Assembly: GCF_004010195.1 (NCBI RefSeq)
Contig: NC_057719.1
Location: 32,052,278-32,116,277, forward strand
Reading direction: 5' to 3'
Source of the DNA: Chiloscyllium plagiosum
Lineage: Eukaryota
DNA length: 64,000 bases
Each line of letters begins with the position of its first letter. Positions within the stretch are counted from its first letter, which is position 1. The notes below the pieces were generated by a model. The model saw nothing but the letters and a program-made list of their open reading frames with translations, was not told the DNA's origin and ran no database searches. Of the stretch, positions 1-12,959 are shown piece by piece. Both the position numbers and the translations under genes were made by a program.

Positions 1-364
1 CTCAGCAATGTAAAGATCGGTGCGCCAAACTAGCACCGCGCCTCCCTTGTCTGCCGGTTTGATGGTGAGGTTGGGGTTGGAGCGGAGGGAGTGGAGGGCT
101 ATGCGTTGTGAGGGTGAGAGGTTGGAGTGAGTGAGAGGAGTGGACAGGTTGAGGCGGTCAATGTCGCGGCGACAGTTGGCTATGAAGAGATCGAGGGCGG
201 GTAAGAGGCCAGCACGGGGTGTCCAGGTGGATGGGGTGTGTTGGAGGCGGGAGAAGGGGTCGTCAGAGGATGGGCGAGAATCCTGGTTGAAGAGGTAGGC
301 GCGGAGGCGAAGGCGTTGGAAGAATTGTTCAATGTCTCGCTGCTTGTTGAACTCATTATTCCGG
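1..364 (-). mobile_element. Penelope-like element RT N-terminal fragment (continues beyond window start)
   Basis: Minus-strand translation reads ...DIEQFFQRLRLRAYLF...LDLFIANCRRDI...SNLSPSQRIALHSLRSNPNLTIKPADKGGAVLVWRTDLYIAE; IKPADKG is the PLE RT N-terminal motif. Confidence 0.92.
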
Positions 365-369
365 GAGCG

Positions 370-1010
370 TAGGGGGATGAAGGTGAGGCCTCTGCTGAGG
401 ACTGATCTTTCACCTGCACTGTTTTGTGTGTCCCTGGGGCTGGCAGGCCTCCGTGCAAGCTGGGGGACTCGCAGGTCGCCCTGAAAGCTGTTACCTTGAG
501 AGCCGGAGGGTGTTTAGGCCATACTGTTAACCTGAAGGTGGGTAGGCTGCCACAAAAACTGGAAGATGGATAGGCCATCCCGACAGTCGCCTCAAGAGCC
601 AGACGGTGGGTAGGCCGTTCTGAGTGCTCTCATCCCGAGAAGGGATAATCAGGACGGGCTGTCCTAGAGGTGGCGGACTGTGCATAGGGGTGGGCAAGAG
701 CCAAATGGCACATAGGGGCAGATAGAGAGCTGGAAGGTGGGTAGGCCATCCTCCGTGCTGTCACACGGGGCAAGTACCGGGCGGGCTGTCCTTGAGGTAG
801 TTGGAAAATTCAGAAGGGCTGTCAGGGAAGCCGGAAGGTGAGTGCTATCATCCTTGGGGGGGAAGTGGGGTGGTGAGGTGGAGTGAAATAGGATGGGCTG
901 TGTTAGAGGTGGCTGGAAGGTGTGTCAGGGAGGACCGAGAGCCAGAAGGGGTGAAGGGGTGGACTGTCTTTGAGTGGCCGGAAGGTGAGAGGGACCAGTG
1001 GTTTGCTGGG
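370..1010. repeat. Degenerate G-rich tandem-like repeat (core gaaggtgggtaggcc)
   Basis: Recurrent variants ctgaaggtgggtaggctgcc, ggaagatggataggccatcc, agacggtgggtaggccgttc, ctggaaggtgggtaggccatcc, ccggaaggtgag at irregular multiples of roughly 30-35 bp. Confidence 0.55.
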
Positions 1011-1269
1011 TTGCCAGATGTCTGTATTATGTTTTATTTTCAGTTTTCTTAAACTGTCTGTATCTGATGGTGTTCACTGATACCTTCTTGATAATATAAA
1101 GTGGGATTTGACGGTACGTCATTTACCTGCAAACTGGTTGTATGGTGAGGTTTGGGATCTGGCTCTGCCTCCCTTCCCCAATAAATTGCTGATTTTTTTT
1201 ATATGGCTGTTCATGTTAATTGTTTGTTTGTAATTTATACTGGTTAATAACATTAAGAAAATATAAACA

Positions 1270-1394
1270 AGGGGTTTAGAATCTCCTCAGTTTAGGGGAC
1301 TGACTTCAATCTGGCTCATCACAGCCAGTGTACTGTACACTAGTAAATAAAGAGTGACTTAGTGGCAGGATACTGGCCTCTGTGCTGTTAGTTC
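1270..1394 (+). mobile_element. 3' part of a putative solo LTR
   Basis: aataaa followed by gagtgactt..ggatactggcctctgtg..gtta.ttca; the same terminal motif ends the LTR-like repeat at 60947-61163. Confidence 0.45.
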
Positions 1395-1625
1395 AGCATT
1401 CGCAAACTTGGCAAAGTGCAATCACTTCCAATATCCAAGTAGTTGATATATATTGTAAATAAATCTGACTCCAGCACTGACCCTGTTGACTCTTCACAAG
1501 TCACAGGTTGCCATGATGAATCTGCCCCTTTTATCCCACTTCTTTATCTTCCATTAGTTACCAGTCCTCTGTCCAGTCTAATGTATTACCTCGAACACCA
1601 AGGGCTTCTCTCTTATTAAATAGCC
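1395..1625 (-). mobile_element. Old CR1 LINE RT fragment
   Basis: Decayed QG..IYIN.L..KFA (FADD region) motifs on the minus strand. Confidence 0.6.
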
Positions 1626-2719
1626 TTACAACAACTGGTTTATCTTTATTGAGATTGCTTGTTCTCTCCTTTATGTAGTATATAGAAAATTGAATTTTCC
1701 TTTAAATCAATAGTTTTTTTTTAGAAAACCTCATTTTATAATGTCTACATTAATTTCAGCACTACAATTACCATACTTTTAAAAACCAATTTACAACAGA
1801 CAAGGTTACAAGTATATATAACAATCTAGTAATTGTAAGTGAGTGTAGAGTTTTGATGTATCCGATATTTTGGTATACCATCCCATTTGCTATATCACAG
1901 GCGTTAATATATATCATTTTATTTCGGACATTTCACATGTAATTATTGAATTTGGACAAATATTAGCATAGTTTATCAGCATATTTTTAAGTTTGAAAAT
2001 TTTCTGCCTGAAGGAATATATCTAAGCTTTTACTTTTCATTATTGTCCATTGCACAAATATATTGGTTCCAAAGGATAGTTTGCACGAAACAGTATTTTT
2101 TGGAAGCAAGGTAGACTCTTTAAGAGCTGGATCTATGCTGGGGCATGCACTTTCCTTCATGTTCTATCATCAATAATTCAACAGCACAGTAACTAACAAT
2201 CTAGCGCCCAAGAGTATTGATGTTCTATTCTGTATGCAGAAAGTTCCTTCAGAGGAATAATTAGAAGTGTCACTAAGCAAACCATGTTTACTGGTGGGAG
2301 AGAAGGAAGGATAGAGAGTAAACAACTTACAATAGGCAAGGGTTCAGTTTTACATGCAGTTCAGCAATGTAGTATTTCACAATTTGCACAGCAGCTGTAT
2401 ACACTTTTTTATTTTTGGATCTTTTAACACCATCTGTATTAGGTTGGGGATTCAAAGAAATGAATAAGGCAGCAGAGGTAGATGTCACAATTCACTGAAT
2501 GAAATTGCTTCATGTATTTTTCTTAAATAATCAATCTAGTCTGGGAGCTAGTTAAATGCGTGAATTAGCAGTAATGCAAGGGAAGTCAAATGGTGACTGA
2601 AAGAGAAAAATGTCAAAAAACATGTTTTGCATGTAACTCTCCATGTGAACTAATCAACAGTCTTTCTGTGCACTACTCATTTTCTCATAAGAACTGCCTA
2701 CTGTGTACATGAAAAATAT

Positions 2720-2930
2720 AACAGAAACTCAGCAGCCAATTTATGCACAGCAGGCTTCCACAAGCAACGATATAATAATGACCATGTAATCTGTTGGTAG
2801 AAGGATAAATATTGGTCAGGAAGAACTACCCTCATCTACTTAACCTAATACCACAGGATATGAGATATCCACCTGAAAAGGCAACTGGGCCCGTGCTTTA
2901 ATGTTTCAGCCGAAAGATAATCACTCCAAC
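2720..2930 (-). mobile_element. DeuSINE (AmnSINE1/SacSINE1-type Deu-domain) remnant
   Basis: gcagccaatttatgcacagca...ataatgacca..taatctgtt..ggataaatattgg.cagga..atccacctga..ggca...tttaatgtttcagccgaaaga matches the reverse complement of the Deu domain as I recall it. Confidence 0.75.
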
Positions 2931-3500
2931 TGAAGCTCAAAAGAAATGGGGAGAGCAGGTGAATCGATGGCTGAAACATTTCTGATGGACCTGGAAAATA
3001 GAAGGATTGGATCATGTTTCTTGAATTTGATGCTCTGTTCCAAAGTTCCATATTGCTTATCAGGGTCCTGTACATATTGTTTAATTATATTACGGAAAGC
3101 ACAATGGACACAAGTACAGAGAAATCAGGAGCCGAGCTTTAAACTTTAAAGAAAAGAACATTTTTACAAAACTGGCTTCACCTATGATGCAATGTCAGTA
3201 ATACCTTCAGGGCACATGTGCAGGCACAAGTGTATATGTGGAAAGCTGAGAAAGTACATTGTGTGGAATTATAAATTGAATCTTAGGGACAGAAATGGTG
3301 AGAATGAAAGATTCTGGGCAGAATTTTCCCAATGTGGGCATTGATGAGTCAGTCAGGAAAATATGGTGAAATAGGAAAAATTCAAATTCTGACACTGAGA
3401 AAATGTTGAGGGGAGAAACTCCTGAAACTATTGAACAGTGAGGGATCAATTTACATTCATTAACATCTCATAATTACATCAGTACACCTCCTTATACGCT

Positions 3501-4068
3501 GTGACTATGCTGCTCCTTTAACAAGGTAATGTTTTTCAGAGGGGCCATCAAGTCAGAAGTTCCGATGTCTGGGTAATTCTACTTGAGAATGCTAAGTTTT
3601 TCTTTTAAAACACTTGTACAAAGATAGGGGAGTGGCCAGTTCTCCCAGTTCAGGATTTGGTTTGGTTTTAGCAAGCTGTTTTGTTTTGCAGTTGCTGGTC
3701 AAGTCTTCGCTGGGAACCCAGAGAAACAGCTCCATGCTGATCCTCTCTCTCTGACACCTCTCCTGTAAGAACCTGTGTTTGATTTTACCTTTTTCTTGCA
3801 AAGGGGGTGTTTATGGGGATGTTGCAAATATTTGATAGGTTGCAATAGATTCGATTGGGTTTTCAGATAAGTTATGTTATTCTATATCCGGTCCTCTTTT
3901 GTTTGTGTATAAATAAATTCTATTTTGTTTAAAACCAAGTATTTGGGCAAGTTGCATCTCTCCTGGTATGTACATTTTCACCTGCTTAAAACAACTAGAA
4001 AAGTAAAGATCTGGACTACCTTCTTCAAATGTTTTTTTTTGGGGGGGGGTCAAGCCATGTCCATAATA
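3501..4068 (+). mobile_element. Putative solo LTR
   Basis: Starts tgtgac, ends ccataata; internal aataaa near 3913; T-rich LTR-like composition; no coding remnant. Confidence 0.45.
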
Positions 4069-4399
4069 ATGTACTTCTTACCATTTTCTCAGGCAATGGC
4101 AAGAAATTAGACAGTAACACAACTGGCATGGAAGTCTGAGCAGAAAGCTAACAGCTCACTAGTGCCTTATCATGCCCTCCATCCTGTACAGGATTCCCTA
4201 ACATATCAGGGCACCCTTCATGGGCAGTGACTGTTTGTATCCTCCATCCCCAAAGGTTGGCATCCGATAACCAGCCTCAACACATCATCATGGTATATCT
4301 CTGCTTAGAATACAGTGAATCATTTCAGTTCTTTACTTCGGAGCTAACTGACACCTAACACACTGCAATACTGTGTGGCCGGGCCCCTCAGCACCTATG

Positions 4400-5600
4400 G
4401 AGATGAGCTCACCAAAATGTGCCCTGATTCTAATCTAGCCAAAGTACTCACTGAGGCATAGTACTTACGCTGATAGAGGGTGCAATGTCAACTCTCCTGG
4501 TGCTTCTTCTGAGGGATCTGTGGCTACTTCCTTAGTGTTTTCAAATAAACCCATTGCACTGTAACTTGTTGTCATGTGATTTTTGACCTAGTTCCTTGGA
4601 GGTGGAGGTGCTGGGTGGCAGGATTAGCCTCTTGGGATTGGAGTCTGAGGATGCTGCTGGTGCTGCAGCAGACCAGGGAGAAACTAAGTAAAAGAGAGAG
4701 GTTATGGGCATGTTAAGAATACATTTACTGGAGGGAACTGGGAGAGTCATGCAGCACTGACAAGGAATCTTTAATCATTTGTCAAGACATGGAATCTTGT
4801 CGTGACTACCTGGGAAGCCTCTATCCTGCCCTGTGAATTCATGATTGTCTCCTCTTTTCCTACAACTACCTTGGCTCTTTCAGCCCTTGTTTTCTTTTGC
4901 AGTAAGACAAAAGGAAGGATTGAGTGAGTGGCTGGCACTTCTGTTAGCATTGGTGCAGATGAAGGAAATGTGGTGAAGTGTCCTGAGTGAGTGAATAGAC
5001 AGCATAGATGTCAAGAATGGTTAGTAGTGTACGGGAATGGTGTGGATGAAAACTACTGAGGGCAGATGCTGCATGCAACAGTGGAAGTGGGAGATCATGA
5101 GCTTGGTGGGTGGTGTTTGCAGTTCCAGAAATACAGTGAGTGTGAGAAATCAGAGAACGTATTCTGGCAGAAGGTAATTTGCGTACTTGTACTGGGTTGG
5201 CATTCCTCTGGACCATGGACACCACACCCAGGCTGGCTAGACCGATGGGCTAGCTTCTTTCACCAATCCTGACACTGGTTTACAGTGTTTAACATCATGT
5301 GCACTTCTGCTGTTGGTGAGCACAGGGTAGTGCAAGAGTAGAGCTGGAGGTGTGTGGGATGTACTTAATGAGGTGGGCAATGGAGAAGTTCATGAGATAA
5401 TGTGTGAAAACTCAGAGAGAAACCCTTCATGAAGCACCCCAAAATTTACATTGAGCTGATTTTTGATTAAAAACTCAGCACCTGTCTCTAATATGATGAT
5501 AGGAGCTATGTGGTTCATAGCTGCTGTCTTTGAAGGGGCAGTAAGTGAGGGAGGGAGTGGGGAAAAGATTGTCATTGGAAGGGCTGGGCCAGCAGCATGA
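4400..5600 (-). mobile_element. Decayed PIF/Harbinger-like element with Myb/SANT remnant
   Basis: Minus strand near 5160-5225 reads VSMVQRNAN/QYKYANYLL across a frameshift, resembling the Harbinger Myb/SANT 'R...QC.KK.NDL' helix; boundaries approximate. Confidence 0.35.
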
Positions 5601-6753
5601 GAGTTCACTCAGTTTTGACTGCAGCATTCTATTCTCCATATGAGAATCATTTCTACTTCAATTGAACTTGGAAATAAAAAAAGCACAGGGGAAGCTGGAA
5701 ACCCATGAAAGAGGTTTAGATCAGGTCTAAAGGACCCCTTACCAACAACAGAAGTAGCAACACCCAGCAGAGAGAATGTCAGCACAGTCACCTATTCCTT
5801 TCGGTAGTGTGGCAAAGGCATTGCTTATCTTGCAACTTACACCATTGTGCAAATTTAAACTTTCCAAAGGATTAAAAGTTTAATAATAAATAGGCATGTG
5901 ACACATAAACTGTTTGTTGTGTATACGTTTTCTCTCTTTTGATTTTAATGTTGAACACCATTGTTGCACAAACTGTGCTGTTTTGTGTTTCCAAACAAAG
6001 GTGATACTTTGAAGGTAAAGCTTTAATCCAGCATTCATTTGACACATTGTAGGCGATTAGCATCCTGTTTTGATTTGATTAATCCTTGGCCTGAGATTGA
6101 TATGCTTGTTGAGCTGCTATAATAAAATTCCATTTGGATTTTGACGCTATCCTATCTACCTAAAGAAAGAAACACAATAAAAAGCAACACAAATTACTGT
6201 TGGCAATGTTACTCAAAAGTGATAACAATACTAATCGTAATTCTTTAATGGTAATGGTAAATAGTATCAGTACAAAAAAGTGTTTTGTGGAATATGACCT
6301 CTTTAAGAACGCACATGGGTTTCAATTAGATTTTCACCATGCATGATCAAGAACCTATTCACTGGAAAAACTTCATAAACTTGTTAACTACCTATTAACA
6401 TGAACTAGAGTAGTTTTGTAAAATGATACTTAACAAGTGCCTTTGGCTTATTTTCATGTTGATTTCTCATTCTTCTCTTTCATTGTACAGAACTCATCAG
6501 AAAAAGGAACAACTTTCAGCAGTGCATTTTTAACACCTTACAGCATAGGGAGAGGCAACTTGAAAATCAACCACAATATTTAATCCTCATTTGTTATTTT
6601 TATTGTGCCTTTAACTGATCTTATTATTGAGCGCACCTATTCCCATTTTATGCAAAAAGCATGAATGGATTTATATATGGAGACCAGCGTTGTTATTAAT
6701 TCGATAATGGACAACAGCTTCCACTCTCACTGAACTGTTTTATATTAACTTGA

Positions 6754-8286
6754 TTTGGAGATCCGGTTTTGGACTGGGATGTACAAAGTTTAAAAATCAC
6801 ACAGTCCCAGGTTATAGTCCAACAGGTTTAATTGGAAGCACACTAGCTTTCGGAGCGACGCTCCTTCATCAGGTGATTGTGGAGGGCTCGATCGTAACAC
6901 AGAATTTATAGCAAAAATTTGCAGTATGATGTAACTGAAATTATACATTGAAAAATTGATTGTCTGTTAAGCCTTTCATCTGTTAGAATACAGTGCTAGT
7001 TTCACTTCTTTCATGTGTAAATCACGAAACTTTTGTTTTAAAAGTTGCATTCTCAGGTTAGCTGTTAACAATGGTGATAGCTAGACAAGAATCAAGGACC
7101 TTAAAGTTTGCAGTAATTGCTGTCTGATTCTGTAGTGCTGACACCATCTGCTGCTAGCTCAGAGCATGTGCTTTGTAGTTAAGTGGTGTAAATTATAGAT
7201 AGTGGGGGAAATGGGGTTTTGGGGAGTATTGTACAAAGCTGCTCACTCAGTTCTGTTTAGTGACAGGACAGGCAGGATGCTGTCTTACCAATATCAGTTG
7301 CAAGCAAACAACACATCCCCATTGCCTGTCTGCCTAATTTTTCTGAGCACATTCAGCTGGACAGTAAGATTTAAACACAGCTTTGATCAGAGCGACATCA
7401 GGCCTCACGGAGTTCAGAGAGCTGTTTGTTCTCAATTAAATACCAGTCTGAGCAGCAATCCCAACCCGCCCCTGCCCCCCCCCCCCCCCCCCCCCCAAGG
7501 GTGACAGAGAATCTCAAGTGGGGAAAGGCACTGCTGGCACAAAACAGCTGTAGCTTGTGTCAAGAAGGGAACCATTGCAGATTGCCAAGCCATAGACTGA
7601 ACTCTGTCTTAGCTCCTTTTAACCCAATGGGGCAGGCAAGGGGCACCAGCATGTACAAGGTGGGAGGTGTTCCCATGTGTAATAGTGGTATCTATGTCCA
7701 CAATCTGACACGTCTTGCACGTCCACCGTGACAGAGTTGTATGGAGTTGTCCTGAGAGCCGGGCAGTTTGCTACGAACAATGGTCTGTTTGAGGTTTGGC
7801 AGTTGTTTAAAGGCAAGTAGTGGAGGTGTGGGGAAGGTCTTGGTGAGGTGCTCATCCTCATTGATAATGTGTTGCAGGTCACGAAGGTAATTTTTCAGCC
7901 CCTGGGAAGTCTAAATGCAGGGTACCCTGAACAATGAAGGGTACCCTGTCGGTTGCAGCACGTGTCTGTCTCCTGAGGAGGTCATTACGGTTCCTTGCTG
8001 TGGCACGTCGGAACTGGCGGTTGATGAGTTGAGCATCGTACCCCGTTCTTGTGAGGGAATCCTTGAGTACTTCCAGGTGTTCAGGTGGGGTACCCCCACC
8101 CCAGACAAACACACACACAGACAGACAAAGACCCACATGCACACATATATTTTGTGTGGTGAATTTGTACTTGCAGGGTTACATTGCACTTTGCTCAAAA
8201 ACTGCATACATTCATGTAGAACTCTGAGCTCAAAAACTGCATGAATGTATGTAAAATTCTGTTATCTCACTTTTTAGATTTTTAAC
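6754..8286 (-). mobile_element. Composite Penelope-like insertion with 15 bp TSD
   Basis: tttatattaacttga at 6739-6753 and 8287-8301. PLE 3' end with hammerhead at 6754-7088. RT-thumb/linker on minus strand at 7650-8085: HLEVLKDSLTRTGYDAQLINRQF, LQHIINEDEHL..FPTPPLLAFKQLPNLKQ, CKTCQIVD. Confidence 0.85.
6841..6875 (-). ncRNA. Minimal type I hammerhead ribozyme motif (PLE-associated)
   Basis: Minus strand CAC-CUGAUGA-A-GGAGC-GUC-GCUCC-GAAA-GCUA-GUG: intact core, 5 bp stem II, stem I CAC/GUG, loopless palindromic stem III (AGCU), CUA cleavage triplet. Confidence 0.85.
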
Positions 8287-9842
8287 TTTATATTAACTTG
8301 AAATGCATTTTATGATGAGCTTGTAACAAAGAAGCAAGATGCGCTTTGAGTAGAATTCCCACTTCCTTATCCATTCCCCCTCTCATGGACCAGCTTCCCT
8401 TCACTCCTTCCCCTTTGCTCGATGGTACTTTGTTGCTGAGCAGTGTTATGTTACAAGGCCAAGGTGATGGTGTTTGTCATCCTATTTAATGCAGCAGGCA
8501 TATTGGTATCCAGAGCCTGCACAGCTGTGATTAAAGGGTGTGTGGATTCCTCCGGTTGTGGTGACTGATATTCAATGGAGTTGGCCAATCTATTCCAGAG
8601 GGAAAAAAATGCTCTACAGCATCAATACATTTGCACTTTGGTTGGACTCCCTCATTCTCTCTACTATCCGGAAAATACATGTGGAAGGCCAATCAGTACA
8701 TTGCAGGTTTTCTGTTCCCTCTCCATGAGTATCTTTTCCATAATGGCTCCTGCGGTGGAGAGTCCGTGTCCATCTGAACAGAGTCTGAGAGGGTGTGCCT
8801 TCAAATGTACACTTTCCATGATTCCCATTGCCTCAATTGTCTGCTCTTGCTCACTTATGACACATGTATCACCCAGCGAAATCCTGACTGACTGACAGTG
8901 CATTTAGACTTACAGAAATGTGAGTATTGGCATTACTACCTGTTAAGAATGAATCCAGTGTTGGTACATCCTCAGAGGAATCAACTCCTCTTAGGATTCA
9001 TCATCTAGTTGGGCCACCAGCTGCTACTGCACACATGAAGGCTCTTGGGGGAGAACAGACATAAACAACTATTGGCAAACTTAGTTTGTTACAACTTAGT
9101 GGCATGAAAATCATTATATTTCACTCGGTGCTGAAATGCATTCAACACTACTCAGCACTGTATGACAGGTGATTAAATATTTAATTCTGCCAAAAGGTAA
9201 CTGAAAGTATTGTTTCTGAAGGTCAGAAACTCTGAAATGCTACTGGTTTCTGGCATTTCCTCCTTCACAACTGTCAACAACACAACCCATGGAGATACAT
9301 TCAACCTACTTCCTCTCCCTTGTGTCTGTGCCTCCTCTTACTGCAGCAGAGCAAACAGCGAAACTATGAGTGAGTATAATTACATATTTTCACTCGATGG
9401 CTGTAATGCATTTGGTGAGGGTGAACCCGGAGGGGGGACGTCAAATTTCAAAAGAATGACTGTGAATGCCAATGCTATTTGGGTAGAAGGGAATATGAGG
9501 AAGTGCATAGAAAGGGAAGGATAGATGCACTTGTAAGGTAAAGGAGTGTGAAGAGTGACGTGACAAAGCACATTTAACAAGACAATGTGGAGGCAGGTAC
9601 CATACACAATCGGATATTGGTCAAATGTGTGACTGTTCTTGCCTTCCCTCTCCTGCTTAGATAATTGAAGTGCTTCATACCCCAAATTCCAGTAATGTGG
9701 TCCTGTGCTCCGTTACTGTCCTCCTGAGCTACCTGGCTGTTAACTGTCAATCAGCATGGCAATGTCACTTCCAATCAGAGTCCACTTGCCAACCAATTAG
9801 CACTCACCTCTCATGCAGTATAAATGTTGGTTTTCCCTTTCA

Positions 9843-10705
9843 ATTAGTGATACCTAGAGGTTCAGGTACATAGTTCCTTGAAATGGTATGACAGGTAGAA
9901 AGGGTGGTGAAAAAGGTGTTTGGCACACTTGCTTTCATTGGTGTGAACATTGAGTGCAGAAGTTGAGGCATCATCTTACAACTGTATAAGACATTAGTAA
10001 GGCCACATTTGGAGTACTGCACATAATTCTGGTCACCCTCCTATATGAAGGATGTTATTAAACTGGAAAAGGTGCACAAAAGATTTACAAGGATGTTACT
10101 GAGACTGGGAGGTTTGAGTTGTAAGGACAGGCTGGATAGACTGGGACTTTTTTATCTGGGACTTTTTTTATCTGGGACATAGGAAGCCGAGGGGTGACCT
10201 TATAGAGGTTTATAAAATCATGAGGGGCATGAGGTGAATGACAAGGGTCTTTTCCCCAGGGTGTGTGAATGAACTGCCAGAAAAGTGGGAGATGCGTGTA
10301 TCGTTAGGATGTTTAAAAGATATTTGGATAAATTCATAAATAGGAAAGGTGGGAGGGATGTAGGCCAAGTGCAGGCAAATGGAACTAGTTTACTTTGGGA
10401 ACATGGTCAGCGTGAATTGGTTGGAGCGAAGGGTCTGATTCCATGTTCTATGACTCTATGACATTAAGACCTGAGGGGCAACATTTTCACACACAGAGTG
10501 GTGCACAATTGAAATGAGCTGCCAGAAGAAGTGTTGGGGTACAACATTTAAAAAGACATTTGGATACGTACATGGACAGGAAAGGTTTAGGGGCCTACAT
10601 GCCAAACTCGGACAAATGGGACGAGTTCAGTTTAGGAAATCCAGATGGCATGGATGAGTTGGGCTGAAGGGCCTGTTTATGTGCGGTATGACCTTATGAC
10701 CCTAT
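9843..10705 (+). mobile_element. CR1 LINE 3' end plus a second short CR1 3' fragment
   Basis: LYKTLVRPHLEYC..FWSP, RGDLIEVYKIMRG motifs; ctatgact-type tails at about 10450 and 10700. Confidence 0.9.
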
Positions 10706-10771
10706 GGCTTTAAGATGAAAAACATTGAAAAAATGTATTTTTATTTCCAGTAGCACTCCAGTAATATAAAA

Positions 10772-11482
10772 CTAGTTAACAAAGTGCTCGGAATCCACTT
10801 TTCCGAAGGTATATAAACCTCTCCAGGGAATTTGGTCGGAATCCCTGAAAAGGTGCATGATCAGATGCTGAAAGGGGAAACTGTTGATATACAAGTGTAA
10901 AACCACCTTCACCACGTTTGTGTAGAATCTGACCAGATTTACCCGTACAATATCACACTGTAGGTTCAACATGTGCCTACACAGTCAGATTATAAAAATT
11001 CTACAATTACAGACTTGGGATTTGGATAAATGTGTAAGCATCTCTCTTAAATTTAATGTAAATTGGGTAATGGCTACAGGTACTGCTGGATTAGGTTAGC
11101 AATTTTTAAACAAATTATAGTCCAGTCTATCAAGGAATCATCCAAATGAATTTTATAAATGGAGGCACCTTAAAAGCAAAGATTTTTCAATAAGATCATT
11201 CATTAGTGTGCTAATTGTATGCCCATAGCATCCCCATATACTGTATAAAATTAAATTATAATCATTACTGTTACATATGAATGTTAGGGATAGGGCCCAA
11301 AGTTATTTTTAATTTGTGCACTCTATTAAATTTGTTGTGTGCGAAGTAGCTGCTTAAATTGCGGTTAAAACCCTTCCACTTTTGTCTGAAGGTTGACAGT
11401 GATTTAAAGTACAACTTTTTACGGTTGGCATTTAATCTATAGCATAAATCACCCTGAAAGCCAATTATTCCAGATTCCACTT
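10772..11482 (-). CDS. Candidate pair of coding exons of an unidentified gene (11482 or 11453 to 11275; 10976 to 10772)
   Basis: Two stop-free frames in non-repeat DNA joined in phase by AT|gtaaca...tgtgtag|G; no protein family recognised. Confidence 0.25.
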
Positions 11483-12959
11483 CTAGAAGTAAAGGTTATA
11501 AAGGCCTCATATGGGACAACACGAGGAGCCAAATACAAGTTCTTTTGTTAATGTGATGGCATGCATATCATGTCTAGGCTGGGAAAGGAGCAGCTGGCAA
11601 ATAATATTTCATATAGCCATCCGTGTTTTTCATGCTTTGCATTTACTCTTATCAACATTGAAAAATTATCACCTGTAATTTGGAAAATGACCAGCACTTG
11701 CCATTTATCACACTTACTGTTGCCCTCTTCAGCAGAGCAACTAGCACTAACCAGAGATCAATTGCAGTGTGACACTCTCTACAGGATGTATTGTGATCAG
11801 GATAAACAACAACAGGTCCCTTCAACCAATCAGGCTATGGGGAGATGATGGTGGAGTGGTAAAGTCACTAGACAACAGCTAATGCAGCTGGTAGCGGGTG
11901 GAATTCGAATACAATTCATAAAAACATCTGGAAAAATGCTCATCTCAGTAATGGTGGTCAAAGGTATTGATTGCCTCAAACTGTGTGATTCCAAGGGTGC
12001 CAGCTATCTTCTCGTCCTTTCTCCCAGCACTGTGTAGCTTGGTAGAGGACCTGGTGGATATCATCAATCTGTGCCCAATATGGCCAGAAAGTGGATGACA
12101 CTTCAGCAGCACTTGCCCAAAGCAATGATTTGATTTGATTTATTCTTGTCACATGTACCTAGGTAACGTGAAAGGTTTATTTTTGTGTGCAGTACAGACA
12201 GATCACACCACACAAAGAGCATAAGGGTAATAGAGCAGAGTGGGGACTACAATGTTGTGGTTGCTGTTACGAATAGGGACGCACAAATAAGTTTTAGATT
12301 TGGGAAACAGCTTAGCTCATCAGATATGATAGTGCAGCTCCTGTTTGCCTAACATTAAGCCAGTTTAGGAAGGCTGAACATCAAGGAGTTTCACCTGCAG
12401 GCTTGGCCTGTTGGAACAGCAGAGGGCTGGGAACTGAGCCCAGTATGGGGGATACCAGCAGGAGCTGGAAGATTACTGTGGGACCAGGTGTGAATGAATT
12501 GTCTTCCTGATTACAATTCTCAAACTTCCCTTTCCCTGAACAACCTGTTGCAGTCCTTTTAATCGTCATTTGTTTAGTTGCTGAAGGCATGGTACAACTC
12601 TGCCATGTGGCATACACTTCCCCCATTTATATATTTGTATCTATACACACAAAAAAAGGAGATGAACTGGGAAATCCACTCTCCACTGAAGACCAGGCAT
12701 GCAACGTTCAGGTCAGATGACCCAGACCTATACAGAAAAGCCAGATATGGTCTCCACAAAGCCAGCAGGGATGCCAAGAGGCAGTACAGGACCATGTTAG
12801 AGGCTCAAATCAACCATACAGACACCCGCTGCTTGTGGTAAGGCTTAAACAACATAATGGGATACAAAATGAAGCAGAGTAAGATAATGGACAAAGACAC
12901 ATTTCTCCCTGATGCGCTCAATACTTTCAATGCTTGGTTCGACAGTCCCGGACACAACT

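Noticed and set aside
370..1010. Possible CRISPR-like repeat/spacer array
   Set aside because: Repeats are degenerate and irregular, the context is vertebrate, and there are no cas genes.
7202..7731. Proline-rich ORFs (also 38312-38782)
   Set aside because: Produced by poly-C tracts; no splice or homology support.
10141..10178. Tandem duplication ctgggacttttttat
   Set aside because: Simple slippage inside a dead CR1.
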